64,000 bases of DNA, from contig BGOS01000003.1 of assembly GCA_003569365.1 (NCBI GenBank), positions 192,315 through 256,314 on the forward strand, written 5' to 3'. This document shows, one piece after another, positions 45,446-55,104 of this stretch. The first letter of the stretch is position 1, and the number at the start of each line of letters is the position of its first letter. The notes beneath the pieces were generated by a model. That model did no database searches, was not told the DNA's origin, and saw nothing but the letters and a program-made list of their open reading frames with translations. Position numbers and translations under genes: made by a program. Source of the DNA: Anaerolineaceae bacterium. Lineage in GTDB: Bacteria > Chloroflexota > Anaerolineae > Anaerolineales > UBA11657.

Positions 45446-46309
45446 TTAGGCAGAGCGCCGCTGCATGGCGAGGCTGGCAAGCGCCAGGCCCAGCGCCACC
45501 AAAAACATTGCGGCCCCCATCACATTTATTTGGGGCGGGACGCCGCGCTGCGCTGCACCCCACACGAACATGGGAAAGGTGACGGTATTGCCGGAGTTGA
45601 AGTTGGCCACGATGAAGTCGTCAAAGCTGAGCGCAAAGGCCAGCAGGGCGGCTGAAATGATTCCGGGCGTAACCAGCGGCAGGGTCACCTTGTGAAAAGT
45701 GTGCCATTCGTTGGCGTATAAATCCATGGCAGCTTCTTCCAGCGTACTGTTCATGCCCTGCAGGCGCGCCTTCACCGTCACCACCACATAACTAATGTTG
45801 AAGAGGATATGGCCAATGAGGATGGTGCCAAAGCCGGTGGGAATGCCAAGATTTAGAAACAATGCCAGCAGCGAAGATGCCATCACAATTTCCGGGGTAG
45901 CCATGGGCATAAAGATAAGCACATTGGTGGCGGTGCGGCCGCTGAAGCGGTGGCGCACAATTGCGAAAGCAATCATGGTGCCAAGCAGCGTGGCGCCGAT
46001 TGTGGAGAGCGCGGCAATCTGCAGGCTTTTTACCAGAGCGGGGCAAAGACCGGACACGCCGCAGGGATTGAGCCATGATTTAAGCGTGAAGCCCTGCCAG
46101 GTGAAGTTATAGCGGCCGCTGTTGTTATTGAACGAGAAGATGACAACCACGATCACCGGCAGGTAAATGTAGAACAGCGCCAGAAAGGCGTAGAACACCA
46201 CCAGATTGCGGGTGATGGCGCGCCACACGCGGAATAGCAACGGGGGCGGATTGGATGCAGTTAGCCGCGGGACGGCAGCCGCTGACAGCGGGGCAGTTGC
46301 TTGCGCCAT
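45446..46309 (-). CDS. potC: Spermidine/putrescine ABC transporter permease
   Basis: I chose the ATG at 46309 (MAQATAPL...). The track ORF extends to 46378 and would overlap potB by 35 nt. Six TM segments with an EAA-loop region (EEAAMDLYANEW). Confidence 0.8.
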   Translation of the reverse strand: MAQATAPLSAAAVPRLTASNPPPLLFRVWRAITRNLVVFYAFLALFYIYLPVIVVVIFSFNNNSGRYNFTWQGFTLKSWLNPCGVSGLCPALVKSLQIAALSTIGATLLGTMIAFAIVRHRFSGRTATNVLIFMPMATPEIVMASSLLALFLNLGIPTGFGTILIGHILFNISYVVVTVKARLQGMNSTLEEAAMDLYANEWHTFHKVTLPLVTPGIISAALLAFALSFDDFIVANFNSGNTVTFPMFVWGAAQRGVPPQINVMGAAMFLVALGLALASLAMQRRSA

Positions 46310-46343
46310 CAGGCAGCCTTGCGCCCGGCGCAGTGTTGTGCGC

Positions 46344-47216
46344 TCAAACCAAATCCTCCGTCCCGGCGCGGCGCACATATAACCCGACCAATACTAAAAT
46401 GGTAAACATAAGCGTGATGGAAAGCGCAGCTGCGGTTGGATAGTCAAGCACGGCCAGAAAGCGGCTGTCAATTACATTGCCGAGCATGGACTGCGAAGGC
46501 GTGCCCAGAAAGCGCACGTTGATGTAGTCGCCGGCGGCCGGAATAAAGGTGAGCAAGGTGCCCGCCACCACGCCAGGCATGGAAAGTGGAAACGTGACTT
46601 TGAAGAAAGCAGTGGTGGGGCTGGCGTACAAGTCCCCCGCTGCTTCAATCAGGCTTGGGTCAAGGCGCTCCAGTGAAGTGTAGAGCGGCAGCGTCATGAA
46701 CGGCAGGAAGTTGTAGGTGATGCCGGCCACGACGGCAACAGAAGTTGCCAGCAGGCGCCCGCCTGGCGGCAGCAGGCCGAATGTTTGAAACATGCGCACG
46801 ATCCAGCCGCTGTCTGCCAGAATTATTTTCCATGAAAGTGTGCGGATCAAAAAGCTGGTGAAGAACGGTGCGACGACAATCAGCAGCATCAGATTCTTGT
46901 AGCGACCGGCGCGGAACGCAATGAAGTAGGCCAGTGGATAACAGATGACCAGCGCCAGCAGCGTGGCCAGGCCGGCGTACACAATGGAGCGGCCGAATTG
47001 CTCACGGTAATCCCAGAAGGCGTTGGTGTAGTTGGCGAAGCGCCACGTGAGGCGGAAGCCAGTGCTGATGCTGCCTTCTTGCAGAGAGGTGGAAAGCAGC
47101 GTGAGGATGGGTGTAACAAAGAACAATCCCAGCCAGAGCAGGCCGGGCAGCAGCAGAGCATAGGGCATCCAGGCCGTGCCGGCCAGCAGCCCGCGCCGCG
47201 GCGGAATGGAGCTCAT
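46344..47216 (-). CDS. potB: Spermidine/putrescine ABC transporter permease
   Basis: 290 aa. EAA loop IEAAGDLYASP. Overlaps the potA stop by 4 nt. Confidence 0.85.
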   Translation of the reverse strand: MSSIPPRRGLLAGTAWMPYALLLPGLLWLGLFFVTPILTLLSTSLQEGSISTGFRLTWRFANYTNAFWDYREQFGRSIVYAGLATLLALVICYPLAYFIAFRAGRYKNLMLLIVVAPFFTSFLIRTLSWKIILADSGWIVRMFQTFGLLPPGGRLLATSVAVVAGITYNFLPFMTLPLYTSLERLDPSLIEAAGDLYASPTTAFFKVTFPLSMPGVVAGTLLTFIPAAGDYINVRFLGTPSQSMLGNVIDSRFLAVLDYPTAAALSITLMFTILVLVGLYVRRAGTEDLV

Positions 47217-48379
47217 AGTTCTTCGGCTTCGGTTTCCAGCGGGGCGCCGGTGCGCGGCACGGCGAATGTGTGCTGCGGGTCCCAGTGCAGCTGCACGGCT
47301 GTGCCGCGCGGGCGCATGCCATCGACCCCCATGTTTTGCGCGAATACAGTCAGCTCCTGCTCCCAGGCAGTGCGCACCACATATTGCGTGCTGACGCCCA
47401 TAAAGCTGGAGTCTGTGATGGTGGCTTGCAGTGCGTTGTGGCCGGCAGGCAGCTGGGCGCCGGCGCTGGTCATGTGCAGTTTCTCCGGGCGCACACCCAC
47501 ATACAGGTCGGTGGCGGCGGCGGCGGGCCGGTTGGCAGCAGGCAGGCGCAGCGCCACGCCGTGTGTTTCCACCAAAAGCAGCGCGCCGTCGGTGCCGGTA
47601 ACGCGGCCTTCCAGTAAATTGGATTTGCCCAGAAAGTTTGCGACAAAGGCGGTGGCGGGGCGTTCGTACAGGTCTATGGGTGAAGCCAGCTGCTCCACGT
47701 GCCCGTGGCTCATGACGGCGATTGTGTCTGCCATGGTCATGGCTTCTTCCTGGTCATGCGTTACGTGCACAAAGGTGGTGCTTACCTCGGTCTGAATGCG
47801 CTTGAGTTCCAGCTGCATCTGGCGCCGCAGCTTGAGGTCGAGCGCGCCCAGTGGCTCGTCCAGCAGTAAAACTTGCGGAGCGTTAATAAGGGCGCGCGCG
47901 AGGGCGACGCGCTGCTGCTGCCCGCCGGAAAGCTGTGCGGGCCGGCGGGCGCCATATCCATCGAGCTGCACCAGTTCCAACATTGCGTCGACGCGCTTGC
48001 CGATATTCTGCTCGCCCTTGCGCCGCAGCCCGAACGCCACATTTTCATAAACGGTCAGGTGCGGAAAGAGCGCGTAACTTTGAAAGACCGTGTTAACCGG
48101 GCGGTTGTAGGGCTTGAGGTGCGTAATGTCCTTGCCGTTGAGCAGGATCTCGCCACTGGTGGGTTGTTCAAGCCCGGCAACCATGCGCAGGGTTGTGGTC
48201 TTGCCGCAGCCAGACGGGCCGAGCATTGCAAAGAACGAGCCGGCTGGCACGGTCAGGCTGACGTTGTCCACCGCCACAAAAGCGGGGGTGGCCATGACCG
48301 CGCTGCCAAAGCGCTTTACCAGATTGGTGATGCGCAGCTCCGCAGCCGGTCCCGCTAATTTTTCTTTCATTGGATGCAC
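47213..48379 (-). CDS. potA: Spermidine/putrescine ABC transporter ATP-binding protein
   Basis: 388 aa. Motifs GPSGCGKTT, LSGGQQQRVALARAL, LLLDEPLGALD, and a C-terminal TOBE-like domain. Confidence 0.9.
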   Translation of the reverse strand: MHPMKEKLAGPAAELRITNLVKRFGSAVMATPAFVAVDNVSLTVPAGSFFAMLGPSGCGKTTTLRMVAGLEQPTSGEILLNGKDITHLKPYNRPVNTVFQSYALFPHLTVYENVAFGLRRKGEQNIGKRVDAMLELVQLDGYGARRPAQLSGGQQQRVALARALINAPQVLLLDEPLGALDLKLRRQMQLELKRIQTEVSTTFVHVTHDQEEAMTMADTIAVMSHGHVEQLASPIDLYERPATAFVANFLGKSNLLEGRVTGTDGALLLVETHGVALRLPAANRPAAAATDLYVGVRPEKLHMTSAGAQLPAGHNALQATITDSSFMGVSTQYVVRTAWEQELTVFAQNMGVDGMRPRGTAVQLHWDPQHTFAVPRTGAPLETEAEEL

Positions 48380-48404
48380 TGCGCCACGCGGGCTGCAAAA
48401 TTTC

Positions 48405-49637
48405 TCACGCGCCGATTGTTTTTTGGAAGAGTTCTTGGTATGCCTTATCCTCTTCCTCGGTCAGAATCTTAAACTGGAATGTGTTGGCGAGCATTTTATC
48501 GCTGGGAAAGATCAGCTCGTTGTTGGCCATCTCGGGATCCAGTTTTTCCATGGCAGCTTTGGCGCCAGTAACGGGCGAGATGTAATTTACCCACTGGGCT
48601 ATTTGTGCTGCCACTTCCGGCCGGTACACATAATCCATCAGGGCTTCCGCGTTGCGTTTGTGCGCTGCCTTGGCAGGGATGAGCATGTTGTCTGAGAACA
48701 GATTTGCCCCTTCCGCCGGCACCACAAATTTCAGGTCGGGGTTGTCCAGCTGCAGCTGAATGATGTCCCCGGACCACGCCACGCAGGCGGCAATGTTGCC
48801 GACGGCCAGGTCGTTGGCGTATTCGTTGCCGGTGAAGGCGCGGATTTGCCCGTTGTCGGATGCGGACTTGATGCGTTCCATTGCTTTTTCGAAATCGGCG
48901 AAGGCGTGGTTTGTCGGATCCAGCCCCATTGATGCCATTACCAGCCCGGCGGTGTCGCGCATCTCGGAGAGAAAGGTTACCTTGCCGGCGAGGTCCGGCG
49001 CAAAGAGGTCATTGATGCTGCTTAGCTCGCGGCCGGTTAGCGAGGGGTTGTAGCCGATGCCGCTGAGGCCGGATTGCCAGGTTAGCGAGCGTTTGCGTCC
49101 GGGGTCAAAGGCTGCTTTTTGCAGCGCCGGCAGCAGGTTGGCTTTGTTGGGCACATTCGCTTCAGTGATCTCCTCCGTCCAGCCCAGCTTGATCATGCGC
49201 GCGGCCATCCAGTCCGTCAGCACCGTCAAGTCGCGGCCGATGTCCTGCCCGGCTGCCAGCTGGTTGCGGTACTTGGCAAACCAGGTGGTGTTGTCATCGA
49301 CCTCTTCAATATATTCTGTTTTGATGTTGGATTCTTTTTCAAAGTTGCGCAGCGTGGGCGAGGTTGTGCCGTCTTCTTCCATGTCTATGTAGAGCGGCCA
49401 GTTTGCAAATGAGAGCGCGCCGCCGGGTGTGGCCACTGGCGCGGGCGCTGCGCCGCCCATTTGCGGGCTCATGCCACAGGCTGCCAGCAGGCTGCCACCA
49501 AGCAGGCCACCGGTGCCCATGCCCAGCTTGCGCAAGAAGTGGCGCCGCGAAAGGCCGAACGATTTTAAAGTGCGCAATATCTCGGGATCGGGCAGCGGCC
49601 GCATTGTGTCTGTTTTGCGATTTGTGTTTCGGGTCAT
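48405..49637 (-). CDS. potD: Polyamine-type ABC substrate-binding lipoprotein with Tat signal
   Basis: 410 aa. Twin-arginine motif SRRHFLRKL and lipobox LLAACG. PotD/PotF-like body. Confidence 0.8.
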   Translation of the reverse strand: MTRNTNRKTDTMRPLPDPEILRTLKSFGLSRRHFLRKLGMGTGGLLGGSLLAACGMSPQMGGAAPAPVATPGGALSFANWPLYIDMEEDGTTSPTLRNFEKESNIKTEYIEEVDDNTTWFAKYRNQLAAGQDIGRDLTVLTDWMAARMIKLGWTEEITEANVPNKANLLPALQKAAFDPGRKRSLTWQSGLSGIGYNPSLTGRELSSINDLFAPDLAGKVTFLSEMRDTAGLVMASMGLDPTNHAFADFEKAMERIKSASDNGQIRAFTGNEYANDLAVGNIAACVAWSGDIIQLQLDNPDLKFVVPAEGANLFSDNMLIPAKAAHKRNAEALMDYVYRPEVAAQIAQWVNYISPVTGAKAAMEKLDPEMANNELIFPSDKMLANTFQFKILTEEEDKAYQELFQKTIGA

Positions 49638-50061
49638 TGGTGCCTCCGTGAGTTTTGGACGCGGTTGATAGCAGAGCAGTGGTGCGTGCGGGGCTGCACT
49701 CGTAGTTTAGCCGGATGGAAGGCGCGGGAGCAGCGGTGTGTTCATTACCAGTGCGTGAATTGTAGCGGACTGCGGGCAATGGCGCAAATGGGGTGTTGTG
49801 GGGTTGCGGGTTGTCAGATTGCGGCGCTCTAGTAGTTGTTGGTGACCGTTGGTCTGGGCAAGAGGGCGCCGGCTTGGGCGGCGCTGCAACAGAGCTGAGT
49901 GGACGGCCAGATAGGCTTCAGGCGCACGGCAAATGAATGGTATTGGTGAATAGGTTTGGGTCGCTGCTTACTACTGTACTATTAAGCGGCATGGAATGTA
50001 CTGAAATGATTGTGATGTGTCGTTTGTGTCCGTGTTCCGGCGTGATGTTGCGGAGCTGCGC

Positions 50062-50652
50062 ATGAGCAATGAGCCCAATCGCTGGCTGACGGAGCGCAGC
50101 GGCTCCGCGGATGAGTATGATGCCACGTACCAGCAGCGCGCGGCGGCTGGTGAAGACGTGCACGGCGAAGCAGATTTTGTGGCGGCGCTGGGCGGGCACT
50201 CCGTGCTGGACGCGGGTTGTGGGACGGGGCGCGTGGGGCGCGAGCTGGCACGGCGCGGGCTGGATGTGGCGGGCGTTGATATTGATGTGCAGATGCTGGC
50301 GACTGCCAGGCGCATGGCGCCGGCGGTGCCGTGGCTGGCGGCTGACCTTGCGACTGTGGACCTGCGGCGCAAGTTCGATGCGATTGTGATGGCGGGGAAC
50401 GTAATGATTTATCTGGCGCCGGGGAGCGAAGGCATGGTGGTTGCGAATATGGCGCGCCACCTTGCGCCGGGCGGCTTGCTTGTGGCGGGGTTTCAACTGC
50501 AGGCTGGGTATTTCCACTTGCAGCAATATGACGATTGCGCAGCGGCGGCCGGGCTGGAGCTGGTGCAGCGTTGGGCCACGTGGGATCGCGTGCCGTGGTG
50601 CCCCGGTGGGGACTATGCGGTTTCGGTACACCGGTACGGAGGTGGCGAGTAA
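50062..50652 (+). CDS. Class I SAM-dependent methyltransferase
   Basis: I chose the ATG at 50062 (MSNEPNRWL). Motif I is VLDAGCGTGRVGRELARRG, followed by DIDVQML. Confidence 0.8.
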   Translation: MSNEPNRWLTERSGSADEYDATYQQRAAAGEDVHGEADFVAALGGHSVLDAGCGTGRVGRELARRGLDVAGVDIDVQMLATARRMAPAVPWLAADLATVDLRRKFDAIVMAGNVMIYLAPGSEGMVVANMARHLAPGGLLVAGFQLQAGYFHLQQYDDCAAAAGLELVQRWATWDRVPWCPGGDYAVSVHRYGGGE

Positions 50653-50821
50653 CGCGCTGCGGGACGGGCAGCGGTGATGCGACGCTTGCGTTTGCGGATG
50701 CTTGTGTGGTCGGGTTCTTACTGCATCCAAATCTTGGGGTTGGCTTGCATTAGGTTGTGGTGCGGGTGGCTGTGGGCCTAAGAGCCGGCAGGCAGCTTTG
50801 CGCGCGGTGCGGCGGGGGCGA

Positions 50822-52189
50822 TTACTGGTAGCCGAACAGGGGCGGGAACACGGCGACGACAACTGCTGCCCACGCGGAGTAAACGGGCAGATAAGCAAGT
50901 TGCCAGTGTTCCAGCGTGGCAAACGGGGCGCGGCGAAACACGAAGCGCCAGTAGAGCCCGGCTGAACCGGCGAGGTTGACGAGCAAAATCAGATTTTCGC
51001 CGAGGGCCGCAACGCGGTTGGGGGTGAAGCCAAAGCCGGAAATGCGCGCGAGGATTGCCCACAGTGCGATGCCATCAACTGCGAGCGCGCTTGCCACGAG
51101 CAGCAGTTGCAAGCCGTCGAAAAAGCCGGGCGCTGCCTGCGGGGAGCGCGCCGAGGCAGCGTAAAGCACCAATCCAACGACGACTGCCAGCATCAAGTCC
51201 AAGCTGATCAGCAGTTCACGCTCAACGTTTATTGGGCTGCCGGTCCACAACATTGTGGCGAGAAACACCAGCAGGAGAATTGTGAAGAGCGGCGTGAACA
51301 GCCGCGTAAGCATCGGGGCCAGGTTGCCGATGACGCTCTGCTTGGATTCCACGAGCCATGCGGCGATGATGACTGTGCCCGCCGCCCCGCAGGGGATCAG
51401 CCAGCCTGCGACGAACCAGGCTGAGTTGGTGTTGATGGCCGTGAACATAATGGAAGTGAAGCCGGCGAGGACGATGCCGCCCAGCGCGATGAGCACACAG
51501 TAGATTGCCAGCTCGCCGGAGAAGCGCACAAACTGCATGCGGGCACTGTTGGCGAACCAAGCGCCGCGGACGTGCGCGAACCCGACGGCGAGCCAGAGTG
51601 CGATCGGCAGGTGCAGGATGGCAAGGAGCGCAGTGTGGCTGCTGTCCGCGAACAGGTAGGCGTTTGCAAAGTAACCCCCGGCTGCAAAGGCAAGCGTGAG
51701 CGTGAGGGCTTTGCGCGCATTTGGTGCGCGGTGCCACATTAGGTAGGCAGCAAGCAAGGGGAAGACGAATAAACTCGCGTTGCGCAGGTAAAAGAGCGGT
51801 GGGTCCGCGTCCGGCGAGAGCGGGATGCCAAAGAGGACGGGTGCTTTGACTGCCAGCGCTGCGGCGGTTGCAAACGCAAGCACACCGCGCAGCTCCTTGG
51901 CGCGTGTTGGCGCAAGGGCTGCGCCCGGGTCAGATGGCGGCTGCTGCCACAGCTGGGCGGCATGCGTACCGGCAAAGTCATGGGTCGGCGCATCGCTGCT
52001 GCCTACGCGCTTGAGCGCAATCAGGAAGGCTTCATCTGCGGATAAGCCAGCTGCGCTGAGTGCGGCGAGGTGCGCGCGCAGCTGCGCCTCACTTGCTGCG
52101 GGCTGCGGGCTGCCCGCAGTATGGCGGGTGCTTACGTATGCGCGCCACTCGGCAATCTGCGCTTCAAACGGTGCGGCAGTAGTGGTCAT
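50822..52189 (-). CDS. Polytopic membrane protein of unknown function (DUF4153-like with a soluble N-terminal prefix domain)
   Basis: 455 aa. A helical N-terminal ~100 aa (AQIAEWRAYVSTRH...) followed by ~10 TM segments. The family name is from memory. Confidence 0.6.
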   Translation of the reverse strand: MTTTAAPFEAQIAEWRAYVSTRHTAGSPQPAASEAQLRAHLAALSAAGLSADEAFLIALKRVGSSDAPTHDFAGTHAAQLWQQPPSDPGAALAPTRAKELRGVLAFATAAALAVKAPVLFGIPLSPDADPPLFYLRNASLFVFPLLAAYLMWHRAPNARKALTLTLAFAAGGYFANAYLFADSSHTALLAILHLPIALWLAVGFAHVRGAWFANSARMQFVRFSGELAIYCVLIALGGIVLAGFTSIMFTAINTNSAWFVAGWLIPCGAAGTVIIAAWLVESKQSVIGNLAPMLTRLFTPLFTILLLVFLATMLWTGSPINVERELLISLDLMLAVVVGLVLYAASARSPQAAPGFFDGLQLLLVASALAVDGIALWAILARISGFGFTPNRVAALGENLILLVNLAGSAGLYWRFVFRRAPFATLEHWQLAYLPVYSAWAAVVVAVFPPLFGYQ

Positions 52190-52442
52190 GCCTGTGGAGG
52201 CGCAGTTAGCAAATGGCTATTCAAGCTACGCGCGTTCGCATTGAACTATTTGCGACGGCAAATTATCAATAATCTAAAGCGCCACTTATGCGGATAATTC
52301 TAACTCCGCCTGACCAAGTGTCTTGGGAGGAATTTTTTTTGCGGTTTGGGGGCAAGCGTTGCGCACTGCATCGCGTGCCGCTGTTGGCCTGCTACTCTGC
52401 CGAGTCGGCGCGAAGCCAGGCCAAAACTTCCTGCAAGGCGGA

Positions 52443-52721
52443 CTAAGCGGGTAGGCGCGCTGCCTCCCCGACTTCGGCAGGGCAAATTTCCTCTTCCATC
52501 AGTTGGAGATGCGGTGCGTCTGGCGCTAGCAGGGCGTCGTTGGAGGTTGTGTACTTTGCGAGGATATAGCGGATAAGGCAGGTAACCGGGATGCCCGTTC
52601 GCTGGCTCAACTCATAAACAGCCGGCAGGGGATCGGCAACTGTGTAATATGTCACGTCAGCCTTGAAGTTGGCATGCGCATCATTCGATTCCCAGACATC
52701 GGTATAAGGGTAAAGTTTCAT
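52443..52721 (-). CDS. Hypothetical small protein (92 aa)
   Basis: ATG start. GC is lower than the surroundings. No motif recognised. Lies downstream of the nucleotidase gene on the same strand. Confidence 0.45.
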   Translation of the reverse strand: MKLYPYTDVWESNDAHANFKADVTYYTVADPLPAVYELSQRTGIPVTCLIRYILAKYTTSNDALLAPDAPHLQLMEEEICPAEVGEAARLPA

Positions 52722-52849
52722 AGTTCTCCGTCAAGTAAGTTATCGACCCTTGTTTTGTCGCCTTGAGCGTTACACCGCCACACCTGTACAAGTTTGGAAA
52801 ATATTCGCGGTCACAGCCTTATAAAAAAAATATGCTTGGAATTAGGTGG

Positions 52850-53347
52850 TTAATTCTGAAACCTGTTGGGTGTGCGTTGGCTGCAGGGGCAGCAACGCGT
52901 TGGGCAGCACTGCGCAGGAACGGTAGAACTGCGGGCCAGTCCGGGAAGCGCTGTACCGAACTGGATGTGCATGCCCTCAAATTCCCCTGCTCCATGCTTG
53001 GTGCGGTCATCCACCAGAAAGTGGCCGCGGTTTAAGTTCTTGTGATGCGAAAGGATGAGGCGCTTGTGAGCATTGGCGCCAATGTGACGCTTGGTCCAGA
53101 GCAACTTGTCTGACCACGCTGTCGGGTTCCCCCACGGTGCGGTAGACAAAATGCAGGCATCGAACAGAAAAGACAGCTCATTGAAAGCATCAATCGCGCC
53201 GGGGATGGGAGTCATCAGCGAGAAGATGCCCGGGACTTCGTCAAGGTTGCCTTCATAGATCTTGAGCACTTCGGGCGAAAGGTGCGGGACGGCGGATTGA
53301 AAGTCGACCAGCACGTTGTCCATGTCGAAGTAGAGAATTTTGCGCAT
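52850..53347 (-). CDS. 5'(3')-deoxyribonucleotidase-like HAD-superfamily nucleotidase (3' end frameshifted)
   Basis: I chose the ATG at 53347 (MRKILYFDMDNVLVDF, HAD motif I DxDxV). Also LVDDRTKHG. After HIQFGTA the conserved FPDWPAVLPFL continues in another frame (ORF 52819..53010). Confidence 0.7.
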   Translation of the reverse strand: MRKILYFDMDNVLVDFQSAVPHLSPEVLKIYEGNLDEVPGIFSLMTPIPGAIDAFNELSFLFDACILSTAPWGNPTAWSDKLLWTKRHIGANAHKRLILSHHKNLNRGHFLVDDRTKHGAGEFEGMHIQFGTALPGLARSSTVPAQCCPTRCCPCSQRTPNRFQN

Positions 53348-53487
53348 GCGGGCTGCGTGGCCGTCGGTGCTGACCATGCGGAGATTATAGGGTGCACCGG
53401 ACTACCACATCTAAGTGCCTGGTATCGGTGTGCGCAGAAGCTGGTGCAGCGCGGAGCATCATGCGGCGGGATGAATGATAATTCAGC

Positions 53488-54789
53488 ATGGCTTTGAATT
53501 CTCCGGTGCGCGCTGCGCAGCCTGTGCTTGCTGTGCGCAGTATACACCCGGCTTGGATTGCAGCGGCGGTTACGTTCCTGACGCTGGTGGCAACGGCGGG
53601 CTTCCGTTCTGCGCCCTCCGTGCTGATTGTGCCGCTTGAAGCGGCCTTCGGATGGAGCCGCGCGCAAATCTCATTGGCGGTATCCGTGAATGTTTTGCTG
53701 TACGGGTTTACGGCGCCGTTTGCGGCGGCGCTGATGGAGCGCTTTGGCATCCGGCGCGTTGTGATGACGGCGCTGACGGTAATTGGCAGCGGGGCGGCCG
53801 CCACAGTCTTTATGACTGAGCCGTGGCATTTGGTGCTCTTGTGGGGCGTGGTGGTGGGCGTTGGCACCGGCTCGATGGCGCTGGTGTTTGCGGCAAGCGT
53901 GGTCAACCGCTGGTTTGTGCAGCGGCGCGGACTGGTAATGGGGCTGCTGACGGCGGCAACCGCCAGCGGCCAGCTTGTTTTTCTGCCGGGACTTTCGATG
54001 CTGGCGATGAATGTGGGCTGGCGCAGTGTGTCGGTGACAGTGGCTGCGGGCGCGTTTGTGATGGTGCCGGTGATCTGGCTATTCTTGCGCGAGCGGCCGG
54101 CGGACGCGGGCCGGCTGCCTTACGGCGCAGCGCCGGATTGGCAGCCACCGGTGCGCAGTGAAGTGAATGCTGCGCGGCTGGCGCTGCAAACTTTGCGGGA
54201 TGCGGCCAAGGTGCGCGACTTCTGGTATGTGGCCGGCTCGTTTTTTGTGTGCGGGCTTTCCACCAGCGGGTTGATTGGCACGCACTTTATTCCGGCTGCG
54301 CATGACCATGGCATGGCGGAGGTGGCAGCGGCCGGCTTGCTGGCGCTGGTGGGCGTGTTTGATGTGGTGGGCACAATATTTTCCGGCTGGCTGACGGACC
54401 GCTATGACGCGCGCCGCCTGCTGTTTTTTTATTACCTGCTGCGCGGCATCTCGCTCTTCCTGCTGCCGTGGGTGCTGTTCAGCACGGTGCAGCCTTCCAC
54501 GCTGGTGTTTGTGGTTTTTTACGGGTTGGACTGGGTGGCGACGGTGCCGCCCACGGTGCTGCTGTGCCGCCGGATACTTGGGCCCGGGCATGCCACGGTT
54601 GTGTATGGCTGGGTATTTGCGGCGCATCAGGTGGGCGGCTCGATTGCGGCGCTGGGGGCTGCGCTGCTGCGCGTGCAGTTTGGCGATTATGCGCTGGCGT
54701 TTTATACGAGCGGCTTGCTGTGCGTGGTGACGGCATACTTTGTGCTGCAGATTGCGAAGGACGTGCCGGCCGGGCAGCTGCGGCGTTGA
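53488..54789 (+). CDS. MFS transporter
   Basis: 433 aa, 12 predicted TM segments. MFS loop motif ALMERFGIRRV between TM2 and TM3. Confidence 0.85.
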   Translation: MALNSPVRAAQPVLAVRSIHPAWIAAAVTFLTLVATAGFRSAPSVLIVPLEAAFGWSRAQISLAVSVNVLLYGFTAPFAAALMERFGIRRVVMTALTVIGSGAAATVFMTEPWHLVLLWGVVVGVGTGSMALVFAASVVNRWFVQRRGLVMGLLTAATASGQLVFLPGLSMLAMNVGWRSVSVTVAAGAFVMVPVIWLFLRERPADAGRLPYGAAPDWQPPVRSEVNAARLALQTLRDAAKVRDFWYVAGSFFVCGLSTSGLIGTHFIPAAHDHGMAEVAAAGLLALVGVFDVVGTIFSGWLTDRYDARRLLFFYYLLRGISLFLLPWVLFSTVQPSTLVFVVFYGLDWVATVPPTVLLCRRILGPGHATVVYGWVFAAHQVGGSIAALGAALLRVQFGDYALAFYTSGLLCVVTAYFVLQIAKDVPAGQLRR

Positions 54790-55104
54790 GTGCGGCGCTG
54801 GCTGCAGCATTTGTTTGCGCGGGCTGGCACGGTGGGCGTTGGCTGCTGGTTGAGTTGGCAGCGGGCGGTTGATGGGCTGACGCTGCGGGTGCGCTGCGGA
54901 TGCGGGCAGCGGGCGGGATGCGGGCTTACAGGCAGCAAGCTGGCAATGTGGGCTGCAGTTGAAGGGCGGGCGGCCGCTGGTTCGGGTGCGGCTTGCGGGC
55001 GGCGCGCTGCGGGTGCGAAGCGGCGCCCAATTTTTTAAGCGCAAGGGCAGCGGGCCGTGCAAGGAGTACGGGGGCTGCGTGAAAATAGTTGTGGGAGGCG
55101 GCTG

